Source: Thermoproteota archaeon (GTDB lineage: Archaea; Korarchaeota; Korarchaeia; Korarchaeales; Korarchaeaceae). From it: 64,000 bases of DNA. A model generated the notes under the pieces. It worked only from the letters and a program-made list of their open reading frames with translations, did no database searches and was not told the DNA's origin. The stretch spans positions 1 to 64,000 of the forward strand of contig JAOZFH010000025.1 of assembly GCA_027491415.1 (NCBI GenBank), given 5' to 3'. Position numbers and translations under genes: made by a program. Positions 48,197 to 58,443 of this stretch are shown here, one piece after another; within the stretch, counting starts at the first letter, position 1, and every line of letters starts with the position of its first letter.

Positions 48197-48674
48197 CCCG
48201 CCCCTTGAGGAGCTTTTCCTCCAGCTCGGGGTGCTTGGGGAGGACCTTAGAGAGAAACCGCTCGAGGGCGTTCAGCACGGCCCCATACTTGGACCAGAGC
48301 GTCTCCCCGGTCAGCTCGGATTTGGCAACCTCCGAGAACGCCACCGCGTAGCCGTCAGAAGTGGCCCCGCAGGCTGCCAGCCTGGCGTCGAGGGAGAGCC
48401 TCAGGAGGTCGGGGGCCACGGCGGACAAGTCCGTTGGGCTCAGCGGGAAGGGGAGGAGCGGCGCTGCGATGAGCACGGAGTCACCCTCGTCCAGGATCTG
48501 AACGGAGATCACGAGCCTTCTGACGCTTTTCTCCAGGCTCACCTCGATTAGCTCGGTCACCAGCACGCTCATGCTCTCCTCGTCGACGTAGATCCTTTCG
48601 GGCTCCACCCCGACATCCTCGAGGAGCCTGCTGAGACCCCTGAGGGTATCCCCGACGCCGTCAGTCTCCGACAA
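48177..48674 (-). CDS. Hypothetical protein, possible YbjN/CesT-like chaperone fold
   Basis: Alpha-beta3-alpha-beta2-alpha pattern; overlaps both neighbours in an operon. Confidence 0.5.
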   Translation of the reverse strand: MSETDGVGDTLRGLSRLLEDVGVEPERIYVDEESMSVLVTELIEVSLEKSVRRLVISVQILDEGDSVLIAAPLLPFPLSPTDLSAVAPDLLRLSLDARLAACGATSDGYAVAFSEVAKSELTGETLWSKYGAVLNALERFLSKVLPKHPELEEKLLKGRGEGDGG

Positions 48675-49209
48675 CGCGACCAGGCCTCCCCAGGCTGTGG
48701 AGGATACGCCGAGTGATCTCCCGGATCTCTTGAGGTTCAAATCTGGGCGCGCCCCCCTTGTCCCTCGCGGCCCGAACTCTCCATACCTCCCCCCCTGCCG
48801 ACTTGAGCATCTCCTCGATTCGGCGATCTCCCCCGATGACCACCTTCACGACGTCCTCCCTGGGGATCGCCTGGGACTTGAACCCCTCGATCAAGACCAC
48901 CCTCGCGCCCGGGTCGACGCACCTCACCACGCCGAGCGCGCCCTCCAGGTCCGTGGGGGCGGACCTGAAGACCGCGATCAGGTTTGGAGACGCGAGCACG
49001 ACCGTTGAGGCGCCGGCGGCAGCCATCCTCCAGCTGTCAGTGCCCGGCCTGTCGACCTCTGGGCTCGCCTCGTGCGTGTGCTTGATGGCGGCCGCCCTGA
49101 CCCCCGCCTCGGAGAGCGCCCTCAGGATGGCCTCCACGAGGGTCGTCTTTCCCGCCGCCTTCCCTCCCACGACGGCGACGAGCAGCGGCCCGCCGGGAGA
49201 CTCGCTCAT
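48661..49209 (-). CDS. mobB: Molybdopterin-guanine dinucleotide biosynthesis protein B
   Basis: GKTT, IKHTH, DRPGTDSWR, IEGFK. Confidence 0.92.
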   Translation of the reverse strand: MSESPGGPLLVAVVGGKAAGKTTLVEAILRALSEAGVRAAAIKHTHEASPEVDRPGTDSWRMAAAGASTVVLASPNLIAVFRSAPTDLEGALGVVRCVDPGARVVLIEGFKSQAIPREDVVKVVIGGDRRIEEMLKSAGGEVWRVRAARDKGGAPRFEPQEIREITRRILHSLGRPGRVVGD

Positions 49210-49310
49210 CCTGCCTCGCCCACCGACCTCTATTTTAAACGGCCTTCCCCCGACCCCGCGGATCACGAGGGTTAATAACTCCGGACCGACCTCCTATTTT
49301 GGCGCAGCCC

Positions 49311-50405
49311 ATGCCCGAACCCTGTCCAGACGGGGTCGGCTCTCGAGTCAGGGCCAGCCTCCAAGAGCCCCTACCAGACGGCCGAGTCAGGTGTCTCGCC
49401 TGCCCGCGCTATTGCGTCATCCCCCCGGGCCTCAGGGGCGCCTGCGGGACGAAGGTGAACGTTGGCGGGACCCTCTGTGAGGTCAACTACTCCAGGGTCA
49501 GCTCGGTAGCCATGGATCCGATAGAGAAGAAACCCCTCTTCCACTTCTACCCCGGCTCGTGGGCATACAGCATAGGGACGGTTGGGTGCAACCTGTTCTG
49601 CGACCACTGTCAGAACTGGCAGATCTCCCAGCCCGGGGTGAGGCCCGAGGACTTCCCGTGGCTCAGGACGCTGACGCCGGAGGACGCCGTTCGGCAGGCG
49701 AGCGAGCTCGGGGCCGCTAGCATAGCCTACACGTACAACGAGCCCACCATAGTGAGCCTGGAGTGGGTTCTGGAGACCGCCAGGCTCGCCAGGAAGGCCG
49801 GGCTGAAGAACGTCAGCGTGACGAACGGGTACTGGAGCAGGGAGGCTAGGGAACTCCTCGCGCCGCTGATGGACGCGGCCAACGTCGACGTGAAGGCCTT
49901 CTCCGACGATTTCTACAGGAGGGTCACCAAGGTGACGTCCCTGAGGCCGGTCCTGGAGACCGTGGAGCACCTCAAGAGGGAGGGGGTGCACGTCGAACTC
50001 ACCTACCTCGTCATCCCCGGCCTGAACGACTCGGAGGAGGAGATAAGGTCGTTCGCGGGGTGGGTCGTCGAGCGCGTGGGGGACGACACCCCCGTGCACT
50101 TCTCTAGGTTCCACCCGGACTTCCGAATGCTCGACAGGCCGGCGACGCCCCTCAAGACCCTCGAGATGGCCCACCGCGTCGCCAGGGACGAGGGGCTCAA
50201 GTTCGTCTACCTCGGCAACGTGCCGGGAGACCCAAGGGAGCACACATACTGTCCCAGGTGCGGGGCCAGGGTGATAGAGAGGTACGGGTTCGACGTCCAC
50301 GGCTGCAGGCTCACCGAGGACGGGAGGTGCGCCAGCTGTGGAGAGCCCATCCCGATCGTCGGCGAGTGCAGGCGGTCCTCGGGGAGCTTCTACCTCGGCA
50401 TCTGA
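49311..50405 (+). CDS. amrS: AmmeMemoRadiSam system radical SAM enzyme
   Basis: CLACPRYC, DPIEKKPLFHF, GCNLFCDHCQNW, YTYNEP, YLGN. Confidence 0.92.
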   Translation: MPEPCPDGVGSRVRASLQEPLPDGRVRCLACPRYCVIPPGLRGACGTKVNVGGTLCEVNYSRVSSVAMDPIEKKPLFHFYPGSWAYSIGTVGCNLFCDHCQNWQISQPGVRPEDFPWLRTLTPEDAVRQASELGAASIAYTYNEPTIVSLEWVLETARLARKAGLKNVSVTNGYWSREARELLAPLMDAANVDVKAFSDDFYRRVTKVTSLRPVLETVEHLKREGVHVELTYLVIPGLNDSEEEIRSFAGWVVERVGDDTPVHFSRFHPDFRMLDRPATPLKTLEMAHRVARDEGLKFVYLGNVPGDPREHTYCPRCGARVIERYGFDVHGCRLTEDGRCASCGEPIPIVGECRRSSGSFYLGI

Positions 50406-51170
50406 CCGAGGTGGCGGGGGCAGGCGGTCGGAGTGGGAGATCGGCGTTCCCACCCTGCTGGAGTCGCTGGGGGCGTTCCTCCTAGCAGCCCCCGCGGTCG
50501 TCTGGGTAGCCTCTAGGTTGATCCCGGGCCCGATAGCGGGAGGAGGTCCTTCCCTCGGATTCACGCTGGCCTCGGCGATGATATTTACCCTGGCGGCGCA
50601 CGAGGGGATTCTCGCGGCGCTCTACCGGCTGTCCGACTCTGGGGCGAAGTTCGGGGTCGGCACACACTACCTCTACGGGCCGCCACGCGGCCGGTCACCC
50701 GCGAGACCCTCCTGCTGGTCAGCTTGGCCCCGCTGGCGGCGATAAGCGCCGCCACGCTGGCCGTCGCACGGGCGTTTCCGAGCCACGCCGGGCTGCCCGC
50801 GGCGATCTTTGCCCTAAACGCCCTGGGATCGGTCGGGGACGTCGTGCTCGCGGTCAAGGCGCTCGGCTCTCCACCGGGGTCGCTGGTAGCGGACAGGGGA
50901 GACCGGTCCGTGGTCATCCCACCCGACGGTCAGTACGGGCCGCCGGGCTGGTGGGCATCTGTTGACGCCTTCCTAAGGATCTATCCGATCGCCCTCACCC
51001 TGTTGGGTGCTGCCCTGGCTCTGCTGGCCGGCGGCGCCACTCTGGAGTTTCGTAGGGACAGCGGGTTCCAGCTAGTCGTCGAGGTCGATCCCTCCGCGCT
51101 GGCGGTGGCAGTCATGATTTCCGTGGTGGCCGTCCCTGTGATCTCCACGCGGTCCGGCCAGGGCGGTTAA
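50402..51170 (+). pseudogene. Frameshifted DUF3267-like membrane zincin
   Basis: HEG...KFG..Y in one frame continues as LAPL...NALGSVGD in another (shift near 50677); HExxH reads HEGIL; probable second shift near 50416-50420. Confidence 0.6.
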
Positions 51171-51176
51171 AAATCT

Positions 51177-52481
51177 GTGAGGGCCCCGGCAAGACCGATC
51201 GCCGTGGGTCGGACCGGCAGGGAGAGGAACGTCGTGGTCATCGCGCTAAGCTGGACTATGATGCGCCCGTTCGGAGCGGCCACGAGGACCTACTTCGCCC
51301 TCTACTTCCTGGAGTTCGGCGCCGACCCGGCAAGGATAGGCCTCATCACGATGGCGGGGTCGCTCACCGTCGCGATCTCGAGGCTGATCGGGGGATACCT
51401 AGCCGACGCCGTCGGCAGGAAGAGGCTCATCGTCTCGATGACCGCGGTCTACGCCTTCGCCTCCCTCCTGTACGCCCTGGCGAGGGACTGGACCTGGATA
51501 CTCGCCGCGGAGGTGATCTCGTCCGCCACCCTCCTCTACCAGCCGGCCATAGCCGCGATACTGGCCGACAGCCTGCCCTCCGAGGTCAGGGGCAGGGGGA
51601 TCTCGGCGGCTCGGACGGCCGCGACCCTCTCGTCCCTGGCTGGCCCTCCCCTCGCGGCCTTTCTGGTTGGTAGGATGGATCTCGTCCCTGCGGTCCGCCT
51701 CCTGTACGCCGCGAGGTCGGCAGCGGTGCTCGCGGCGGCGGTCGTGAGAATGACCCTCACGGAGACACTGAGACTGGAGGAGAGGAGGCCAATCAGCCTT
51801 CGGTCGATCTTGGAGGATTACAGGAGAGCCGTGATCTGGCTTAAGGGTGATCTAGGGAGGTTGATCGCCGTGAACTCGGCCGCCATGGGATCCTACAGCC
51901 TGGCGGAGCCGTTCATACAGATCTTCGCGGTCAAGGAGATCGGAATAGATCCGGAACTCTGGGGGCTTATCTCAACGGTCGTGCGGGCCGAGATCCTCGC
52001 GAGCATCAACCTCTCAGGATACATCGCCGACAAGCTGGGAAGGAACATATCCCTGGCCCTCGGGTACGGCTCCGGCGCCGCCGGAATGCTAATGCTCCTG
52101 ATGTCCCCGCCGGGCTCCGGCGCTTGGGTCCTGGTGTCCCAGCTTGTGTACGCCGCCTTTGCCTCGTGGCCAGCTAGGTTCGCCCTGTTCGCGGATCTTA
52201 CGCCGGCGGAGACCAGGGGGAGGCTCACGGCGGTCAGGGGGCTCGTGGAGAACCTGTCCTCCAGCGCGGCCTCAGCGGCGGGCGGCGTGCTCTACTCTAT
52301 CTCCCCCATTGCAGACCTGGGGCTGGCTTCCGTGGGCCTCACTCTCACGGCGCTGGCCGCCCTTAGAATCCTCCCGAAGGTAGGCAGGCTTCCCGATCGG
52401 GCTACGGCCGAGATATCTGATTTAGAGCCAGCAGTTGTTCCTGGGTCAGCCTCCAACCTAGAGCCCCCGAGTTCTCCCTGA
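51177..52481 (+). CDS. MFS transporter (paralog A)
   Basis: GYLADAVGRK, GYIADKLGR. Confidence 0.92.
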   Translation: MRAPARPIAVGRTGRERNVVVIALSWTMMRPFGAATRTYFALYFLEFGADPARIGLITMAGSLTVAISRLIGGYLADAVGRKRLIVSMTAVYAFASLLYALARDWTWILAAEVISSATLLYQPAIAAILADSLPSEVRGRGISAARTAATLSSLAGPPLAAFLVGRMDLVPAVRLLYAARSAAVLAAAVVRMTLTETLRLEERRPISLRSILEDYRRAVIWLKGDLGRLIAVNSAAMGSYSLAEPFIQIFAVKEIGIDPELWGLISTVVRAEILASINLSGYIADKLGRNISLALGYGSGAAGMLMLLMSPPGSGAWVLVSQLVYAAFASWPARFALFADLTPAETRGRLTAVRGLVENLSSSAASAAGGVLYSISPIADLGLASVGLTLTALAALRILPKVGRLPDRATAEISDLEPAVVPGSASNLEPPSSP

Positions 52482-53211
52482 CGTGCTCCACCCTCGCGGC
52501 CTTGGGGATGGCCGCGACCTTGGGCTTGGATATCAGCCAGTTTAGGGCCACCTGAGCCGGGGTCCTCCCCACGGCGCGCGCCACCTCTGCCAGTGCCCTT
52601 GGGGGGTCCACCGCCAGGCGCCCCTTCTCGAGCGGCGTGTAGGCCAAGATCAGGACCCCCTCCCGCTGACAGAATGGGAGGAGGTCTCTCTCAATCCTCC
52701 TGTCGATCAGGCTGTATCGGACCTGGTTTGCGGCTATCTCAACCTCCCTGGTGGCCTCCATGGCCCGCTTAAGGAGTGGGAGGTCGAAGTTGCTCACCCC
52801 TATGTTCCTGACCTTCCCCTCCACCACCAGCTCCTCCATGGCCCGGATCGTCTCCTCTATCGGCACCTCAGGGTTAGGCCAGTGCACTAGGTACAGGTCG
52901 ATGTACCCGACCCCCAGCCTCTCGAGGCTCCCCTGGGCGGCCCTCAGCAGAGCTCGCCTGCTCAGGTTGGTGCTCCACACCTTGGTCACCACAAAGTACT
53001 CCTCCCTGTCGAAGGGCCTGAGCGCCTCGCCGACTATTCTCTCGACCCTCCCCCAGCCGTACATCTCGGCCGTGTCGATGAGCCCCATACCGAGGTCGAC
53101 AGCCAGTCTTATGGCCTCAATCGCCGCCTGCGGGTTCTCCTCCATGCGATAGGTACCGATCCCGAGCTTGGGGATTCTGTCCCCGGTGCCCTTGAGCCTC
53201 TCCCACTCCAT
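52402..53211 (-). CDS. Aldo/keto reductase
   Basis: GIGT, DTAEMYG, TKV, DLYLVHWP, IGVSNF, IPK. Confidence 0.95.
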   Translation of the reverse strand: MEWERLKGTGDRIPKLGIGTYRMEENPQAAIEAIRLAVDLGMGLIDTAEMYGWGRVERIVGEALRPFDREEYFVVTKVWSTNLSRRALLRAAQGSLERLGVGYIDLYLVHWPNPEVPIEETIRAMEELVVEGKVRNIGVSNFDLPLLKRAMEATREVEIAANQVRYSLIDRRIERDLLPFCQREGVLILAYTPLEKGRLAVDPPRALAEVARAVGRTPAQVALNWLISKPKVAAIPKAARVEHVRENSGALGWRLTQEQLLALNQISRP

Positions 53212-53305
53212 CACCCCACCCCTTCGGCCCCCCGCTAAAACCCCATCCCCCGGCCTCTGACGGACTTTCGTTTGAATTTTTAACTCGGCTCGCACGGCAC
53301 AGCCC

Positions 53306-54517
53306 GTGTCCCGGGAAGTGGCAAAGCGGAACATGACCATCATGGCGATCACGTGGGCCATGATGGGCCCCTTCTCCGCCGCCACTAGGGTTTACTCATC
53401 CCTATACTTCCTAGAACTCGGCGCAGGGGCGGCAGAGGTCGGCATCATATCCATGGCCGGCCTCGTGACTCTCGGCTTCTCGAGGCTCATCGGAGGATAC
53501 CTGGCTGACGCCGTCGGCAGAAAGAGGATAATCGTCCCCATGACCATGATCTACGGTGTGGCGTCGGTCCTATACGCCGTGGCGAGGGACTGGACCTGGA
53601 TACTCGCGGCCTCCGTGCTCTCCTCTCTGGCCCTCCTGTACCAGCCGGCTATCCAAGCGATACTGGCCGACACGCTGCCGCCCGAGGTGAGGGGGAGGGG
53701 CCTCTCCCTCGCTAACATGGTCTCCCAGCTAGCCAGTCTAGCTGGCCCCCCGCTCGCGACGCTCTTGGTGGCTCGGATGCCCCTCGCCAGGGCCATGAGG
53801 ATCCTCTACGCAGCCAACGCCGCCGCGATATTCGGGGCCGGGATAGTGAGGATGGCCTTCGTTGAGACGCTGAAGGAGAGGGTAAGGCCTAACTTCAGGG
53901 ACGCCCTTCGGGGGTACGTCAGCGCCATCAGGGAGCTGCGCGGCGACCTGGGCAAGCTCATCTTGGTCTCCTCGCTGGCCCCGGCGTTCTACCAGATGGC
54001 ATTTCCCTTCGTCCAGATATACGCCGTGAGGGAGCTCGGAGTGTCTGAGGAGTTCTGGGGGCTGATCTCCACGGTCGTGTCCGTCGAGTCCGTCGCGTCC
54101 ATGCTCGCGTCGGGCTACCTCACCGACAGGATCGGCAGGAATCTGACCCTAGCCCTGGGGTACGGCTCCGGCTCACTAGGCCTCGCCATTCTGGCCCTCT
54201 CCCCGCCGGGTGAGCCGTACCTAGTCCTGCTCTCGCAGGTGGTGGTCGCCGCCTTCGCCTCCTGGCCCGCGAGCTTTGCGCTCATGGCCGACCTAACGCC
54301 GATCAGGCTCAGGGGCAAGATAATGGCCATAAGGGGAATGATACAGGGCAACCTATCCGGTCTCGGCTCCGGCCTGGGGGGCGCCCTGTACGAGGTGAAC
54401 CCCGCCCTTCCGATCGCTGCCGCCGCGGCGGGCCTCTTGCCGCTGGTGGTGATCTCAGCCAAGTGGCTGCCGGCCGGCGCCATCGAGAATGGGAAAGTTC
54501 GTAACGTAAACCATTAA
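53306..54517 (+). CDS. MFS transporter (paralog B)
   Basis: GYLADAVGRK, GYLTDRIGR; colinear with paralog A. Confidence 0.92.
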   Translation: MSREVAKRNMTIMAITWAMMGPFSAATRVYSSLYFLELGAGAAEVGIISMAGLVTLGFSRLIGGYLADAVGRKRIIVPMTMIYGVASVLYAVARDWTWILAASVLSSLALLYQPAIQAILADTLPPEVRGRGLSLANMVSQLASLAGPPLATLLVARMPLARAMRILYAANAAAIFGAGIVRMAFVETLKERVRPNFRDALRGYVSAIRELRGDLGKLILVSSLAPAFYQMAFPFVQIYAVRELGVSEEFWGLISTVVSVESVASMLASGYLTDRIGRNLTLALGYGSGSLGLAILALSPPGEPYLVLLSQVVVAAFASWPASFALMADLTPIRLRGKIMAIRGMIQGNLSGLGSGLGGALYEVNPALPIAAAAAGLLPLVVISAKWLPAGAIENGKVRNVNH

Positions 54518-54552
54518 ACGGAAGCTCTCGCGGTCCCCTTTGGGAGTACGCT

Positions 54553-54891
54553 TTGAGCGCCCCGGGGGCAAGGGAGATCACCTGCCCGATATGCGGTCAG
54601 AGGCACAGGCCTCCCCTCACTAAGGGGTGGAACTTCGTCCCCTGCAGCCAGGACCACGGCATAGTGGTCTTCGTGGACTCTGGCGGAAGCGTCAGGGAGG
54701 TCCACGGGGCCTCCCTCTCGAAGGCCGCGAGCGACCTCGTGCTGGAGGAGGGAAAGCTCCACCTCGTCCCCAAGTGGATAAATGTGGACAGGATAAGGGC
54801 GGTCATCGAGGGCAAGGCGAGCCCCACCGAGGCAGACAGGGCTGGGATCTCCCTGCTCCTCAACCTGGGGATCTTGAAGAGGAGGGCGTAG
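54553..54891 (+). CDS. Small Zn-binding protein (CPIC...C..DH...FVD..G.VR)
   Basis: Same motif as 30516-30941. Confidence 0.7.
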   Translation: MSAPGAREITCPICGQRHRPPLTKGWNFVPCSQDHGIVVFVDSGGSVREVHGASLSKAASDLVLEEGKLHLVPKWINVDRIRAVIEGKASPTEADRAGISLLLNLGILKRRA

Positions 54892-54921
54892 GTCTTATGG
54901 TGATCTCGAGGGGGTGTTAGT

Positions 54922-55944
54922 TTGGCCCGCCACGCCCTTGCGAAGCTCCTGTCCAAGCTCTCCGGGACGGCCGGGGGGGCTAGAGTTCCCTCCCACGTCC
55001 AAAAGGCCGCCTCGGAGGTCCTGGAGATCTGCGAGTACAGGCTGGTCCTCACGCTGGACTCGATGGGGTTCTTTAGGGATGTGGAGGGAATCAGCCCGGC
55101 CGAGGCGTCCCTGAAGTTCGCCGACAGGTCCCTCTTCTTCTCAATCATGGAGATCCTATCGCAGCTGGGGTACGTCTCCGTGAGAAGGGGATTTGGCTTC
55201 ATGGACGGCAGGATTCGGCAGGTTCACGACCTTCCCCCCTCCCCAATGGCCACTACGCCCGAGGCCATCGAGTTCGACTCCGTCTTCGCGGAGATAATCT
55301 CCTCCCTGCCGGACGCTCTGAAGGAGGGGAAGAGGAGCCTCCACGTCGCTTCATCGGAGAACAAGGCCCTCCTGGCCAAGATGTACGACTCAGAGGTCTT
55401 CAAGACCCTCCTCACGCTGGAGGTCAAGTCCCTGGGGATCTCCGACGTCCCGCCGCACGGGTTCATAGTCTCCCTCGGCCCCGGCGTCGGGGCCGAGCTG
55501 CCAACCGTCCTCCTGGAGTCTGACGCCAGGGTGATATCGGTGTTGAGCAGCGAGGACGACGCGAGAATCGCCGAGCTGACGCTGTCCGGCCTGGGCCTCC
55601 TCAGCGATCAGGTCATGTTCGTGGTTGGTCAGCCGGAGAGGCTCCACAGGATAATAGAGGAGGCCAAGACCGGCCCCGTCGACGCGGTCGTGGTGGTCCA
55701 CTCGCTCCACTGGTCCAACGCGCCAGAGGCCTGCCTCAGAAACGCGTCGAAGGTGTCTCGGAGGGTTATGGTATCCCAGCCCGTCCTCAGCGAGGCGACC
55801 TGGCCTCTATCCATAGCGAGCTACCTGCTGGGATCGAACATCCTCCCGAAGCCCGACCAGATAGACTTCTGGGTGAACTCCGCCGGGCTGTCCGGGAGGA
55901 CCCTGATGACGAACCCGATTTACTTGGCCCAGCTCGTGAGGTGA
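54922..55944 (+). CDS. Class I SAM methyltransferase-like protein with N-terminal wHTH, degenerate
   Basis: SLGPGVG motif I lacking the acidic residue; VDAVVVVHSLHW. Confidence 0.6.
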   Translation: MARHALAKLLSKLSGTAGGARVPSHVQKAASEVLEICEYRLVLTLDSMGFFRDVEGISPAEASLKFADRSLFFSIMEILSQLGYVSVRRGFGFMDGRIRQVHDLPPSPMATTPEAIEFDSVFAEIISSLPDALKEGKRSLHVASSENKALLAKMYDSEVFKTLLTLEVKSLGISDVPPHGFIVSLGPGVGAELPTVLLESDARVISVLSSEDDARIAELTLSGLGLLSDQVMFVVGQPERLHRIIEEAKTGPVDAVVVVHSLHWSNAPEACLRNASKVSRRVMVSQPVLSEATWPLSIASYLLGSNILPKPDQIDFWVNSAGLSGRTLMTNPIYLAQLVR

Positions 55945-56073
55945 TGGGAGAGATTTCGGGACGCTTCAGCATCCAGATCCAGTCTTAACTCATCTCTCCG
56001 ACGGGTATACCGGAGTATGAAACTTGCGAGGGGCCAATTATATCTCGGCGGCCGCGCTTCGGCGGGGAGCGCG

Positions 56074-56544
56074 TTGAGGCGGCTCAAGGTCATCTTCGCG
56101 GGCGAGTCAGAGGTGGGTAAGACCAGCGTGGCCGCGGCCATCTCGGCTGCCGGCCTGGCCAGCGGCGGGCCAACGATAGGGGCCGACTTCTTCGTCTCGG
56201 GTCCAGACGGGGTCAGGGCCGTGATCTTCGACCTGGCCGGGCAGGACCGCTTCGCGCCGCTGGCCCCGCTGCTCTCGCGCGGCGCGAGGATCGTCGTCCT
56301 CATATTCGATGTCTCCAGGCCGGAGACCCTGTTGGCAATTCCGGATTGGGCCGAGAGGGTCCTCAGCGGGACGGAGGACGCGAAGGTGATCCTAGTGGGG
56401 AACAAGCTCGACGCGGGTCTCCGAGTGACGCCGGAGGACATCGCGTCCGTGGCGGCGGCGGTCGGCGCCCACAGGGTCATCCTGACGAGCGCTTCCACGG
56501 GATTCGGACTCAATGAACTCAGAAAGGAGCTCTTAGAGGCCTGA
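56074..56544 (+). CDS. Rab-like small GTPase
   Basis: GESEVGKT, PTIGADF, DLAGQDRF, GNKLD, SASTG. Confidence 0.9.
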   Translation: MRRLKVIFAGESEVGKTSVAAAISAAGLASGGPTIGADFFVSGPDGVRAVIFDLAGQDRFAPLAPLLSRGARIVVLIFDVSRPETLLAIPDWAERVLSGTEDAKVILVGNKLDAGLRVTPEDIASVAAAVGAHRVILTSASTGFGLNELRKELLEA

Positions 56545-56591
56545 CGAGATCTTGGGCTAAACCTATAATGCGGGCGGGGGAAGGTGGAGGG

Positions 56592-56897
56592 ATGAGGGGC
56601 ACCCTCGCCCTCATGACCCTTGGCGCCCTGCTCATCGCCGCCCTGGTGGTGGGCTTCTCACTGCTGAAGCTCTTGGCAATCTTGGCGGGGGTGGGGTTCC
56701 TCTCCGGGGCGGCGTTCGGCGCCGCCTCCTCATCGGGCGGCCTCTCCCGGAGGGTGAAGTGGGCCCTGAAGGGCGGCCTGATTCTGGGGATTCTGATACC
56801 GGCGGCCGCGGCCCTCGCTATTCCGCTGGCTGCCGCCGGGCTGGTCATCGCGGCCGCCGGCGAGATCCTGTCTGCCCTCGACGAAGGCGGAGCTTGA
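56592..56897 (+). CDS. Small membrane protein
   Basis: Hydrophobic; GGAGG upstream of ATG. Confidence 0.55.
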   Translation: MRGTLALMTLGALLIAALVVGFSLLKLLAILAGVGFLSGAAFGAASSSGGLSRRVKWALKGGLILGILIPAAAALAIPLAAAGLVIAAAGEILSALDEGGA

Positions 56898-57450
56898 CCT
56901 GACTCCAAAACTCCCGCAGCTTGGACGGCTCCCTTGGGGGGTTGAGGAACACCGAGAGCGGTATGTCGCCCGTCGCCGCGGCGAGGGAGAACGCCTCGAC
57001 GGTTCTGACGGCCTCTTCCTGATCCCAGCTCTCCACGGCGCCGGGACGAACCCTCCTTACCTTCTCTATAGCCGCGCTGGCCGTCATGCCCCTCGTGAAG
57101 ACGAGGTAGGCGGCCGCGAACATGCCCGACCTCCCCCTGCCAGCGAGGCAGTGGACCCCTAGCGGCCTCCCCATCGAGACGACCCTCCTCGCCCACAGGA
57201 GGGCGTTGATCAGCTCCTCGGGCTCCGGAGACCTCCTGGTCTCCGTCGGAAGGAAGTACGGCCAGACGTCGTTGTCGAGCATGGCCCTAGCGAATAGGAG
57301 CACGTTTCCCCAGTACGTGAGGATCTCCCTCCCAGTCGCTAGGGACACGACCGCCCTGACTCCCTGGAGCCTGAGCTTCCTGATGGCCTCCCTGTCCACC
57401 GGAAAGCCGCAGATGGCCAGTTCGCCCGGGATCACCCAGAGGACCCACAA
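56845..57450 (-). CDS. Dual-specificity/protein-tyrosine phosphatase (CX5R)
   Basis: VHCLAGRGRSG, VRRVRPGAVE..Q. Confidence 0.92.
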   Translation of the reverse strand: MWVLWVIPGELAICGFPVDREAIRKLRLQGVRAVVSLATGREILTYWGNVLLFARAMLDNDVWPYFLPTETRRSPEPEELINALLWARRVVSMGRPLGVHCLAGRGRSGMFAAAYLVFTRGMTASAAIEKVRRVRPGAVESWDQEEAVRTVEAFSLAAATGDIPLSVFLNPPREPSKLREFWSQVKLRLRRGQTGSRRRPR

Positions 57451-57464
57451 GGACCTCCACCCGC

Positions 57465-58352
57465 CTACCACCAGGGGGCGCTGGAGAGGACCTCCTCTAG
57501 GCTGGCCCTCACGAACACGTGGAAGCACCTGCGCCTCTTGCGGTCCTGAGCCAGATCCACGTCCAAGAACCCTAGCCCCATCAACTTCTCAAAGACCTCC
57601 GCCGTCGCGGCCCTCCACTCTCGGAGTAAATCCAGCCTTCCCTCCCTCCTGTACTCTGAGACGCTCCAGGGGATCTCGACGAGGGCCAGCTCGGCCTTCG
57701 ACCTCACTCCGAGCACCCTTGGCCTCCTCAGCCGGTCCCCCTCTGGCCGAGAGTCCAGGCAGACGACGGCCCCCCTGTCCAGGAGTTCGCCCGGCGTCGG
57801 CGGGGGTCTCTCGGCGGCCGTGATCGCCCTCACCCTCTCCGAGTCCAGGAACCACTCCGCCACGACCCTGTCGGAGGGGATTCCCCTGTTCACCTCGTCA
57901 AGCATCTCCCCGTAGTAGCTCCTCACGTACGTCCTTATGACGACGCCCAGCTTTCCCAGGTTGAGCCTCGAGTTTCCGCGCTGCAGGGGGTCGAAGGTCC
58001 ACTCTATGAGCCTCAGACCCCTAGAGAGGGCCGCCTCTCTCTGGGCCATCTTCAGCCTGAACCCGACCCCCCTCCCCTGCCACTCGGGCACGACCCCCAT
58101 CATGTGCGAGTAGTGATACGGGCCCTCCGGCCCTAGACCGGTGAACCCGAAGACGAATCCGATCAGCCTTCCAGAAGACGGCTCGAACGCCCCCAGCACC
58201 ACCCCCCCATTTTTGGCAGCGGCTATCAAAACGTGGGCGGGGACGCGCTCGATCTCGGGCATCCCCCAAGCGAGTTCTTGAACCTTCACCGCATCCTCAA
58301 ATTCCTCGTACCGCAGGAGCGGGCGAACGACCACCTCCTCGCGTTCGGCCAT
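57465..58352 (-). CDS. GNAT family N-acetyltransferase
   Basis: YSHMMGV..QGRGVG..LK..QR, WTFDPL..N..LN..KLG, SDR...EW. Confidence 0.9.
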   Translation of the reverse strand: MAEREEVVVRPLLRYEEFEDAVKVQELAWGMPEIERVPAHVLIAAAKNGGVVLGAFEPSSGRLIGFVFGFTGLGPEGPYHYSHMMGVVPEWQGRGVGFRLKMAQREAALSRGLRLIEWTFDPLQRGNSRLNLGKLGVVIRTYVRSYYGEMLDEVNRGIPSDRVVAEWFLDSERVRAITAAERPPPTPGELLDRGAVVCLDSRPEGDRLRRPRVLGVRSKAELALVEIPWSVSEYRREGRLDLLREWRAATAEVFEKLMGLGFLDVDLAQDRKRRRCFHVFVRASLEEVLSSAPWW

Positions 58353-58443
58353 CCGGCTCGTCCCTCCCAGAGATGGGAGTCCCGTGGGCAGCGCGTGGGT
58401 TCTGGTAGACGGCGGCCGGGTTTCCTCAAATCTTTCGGTGGAG

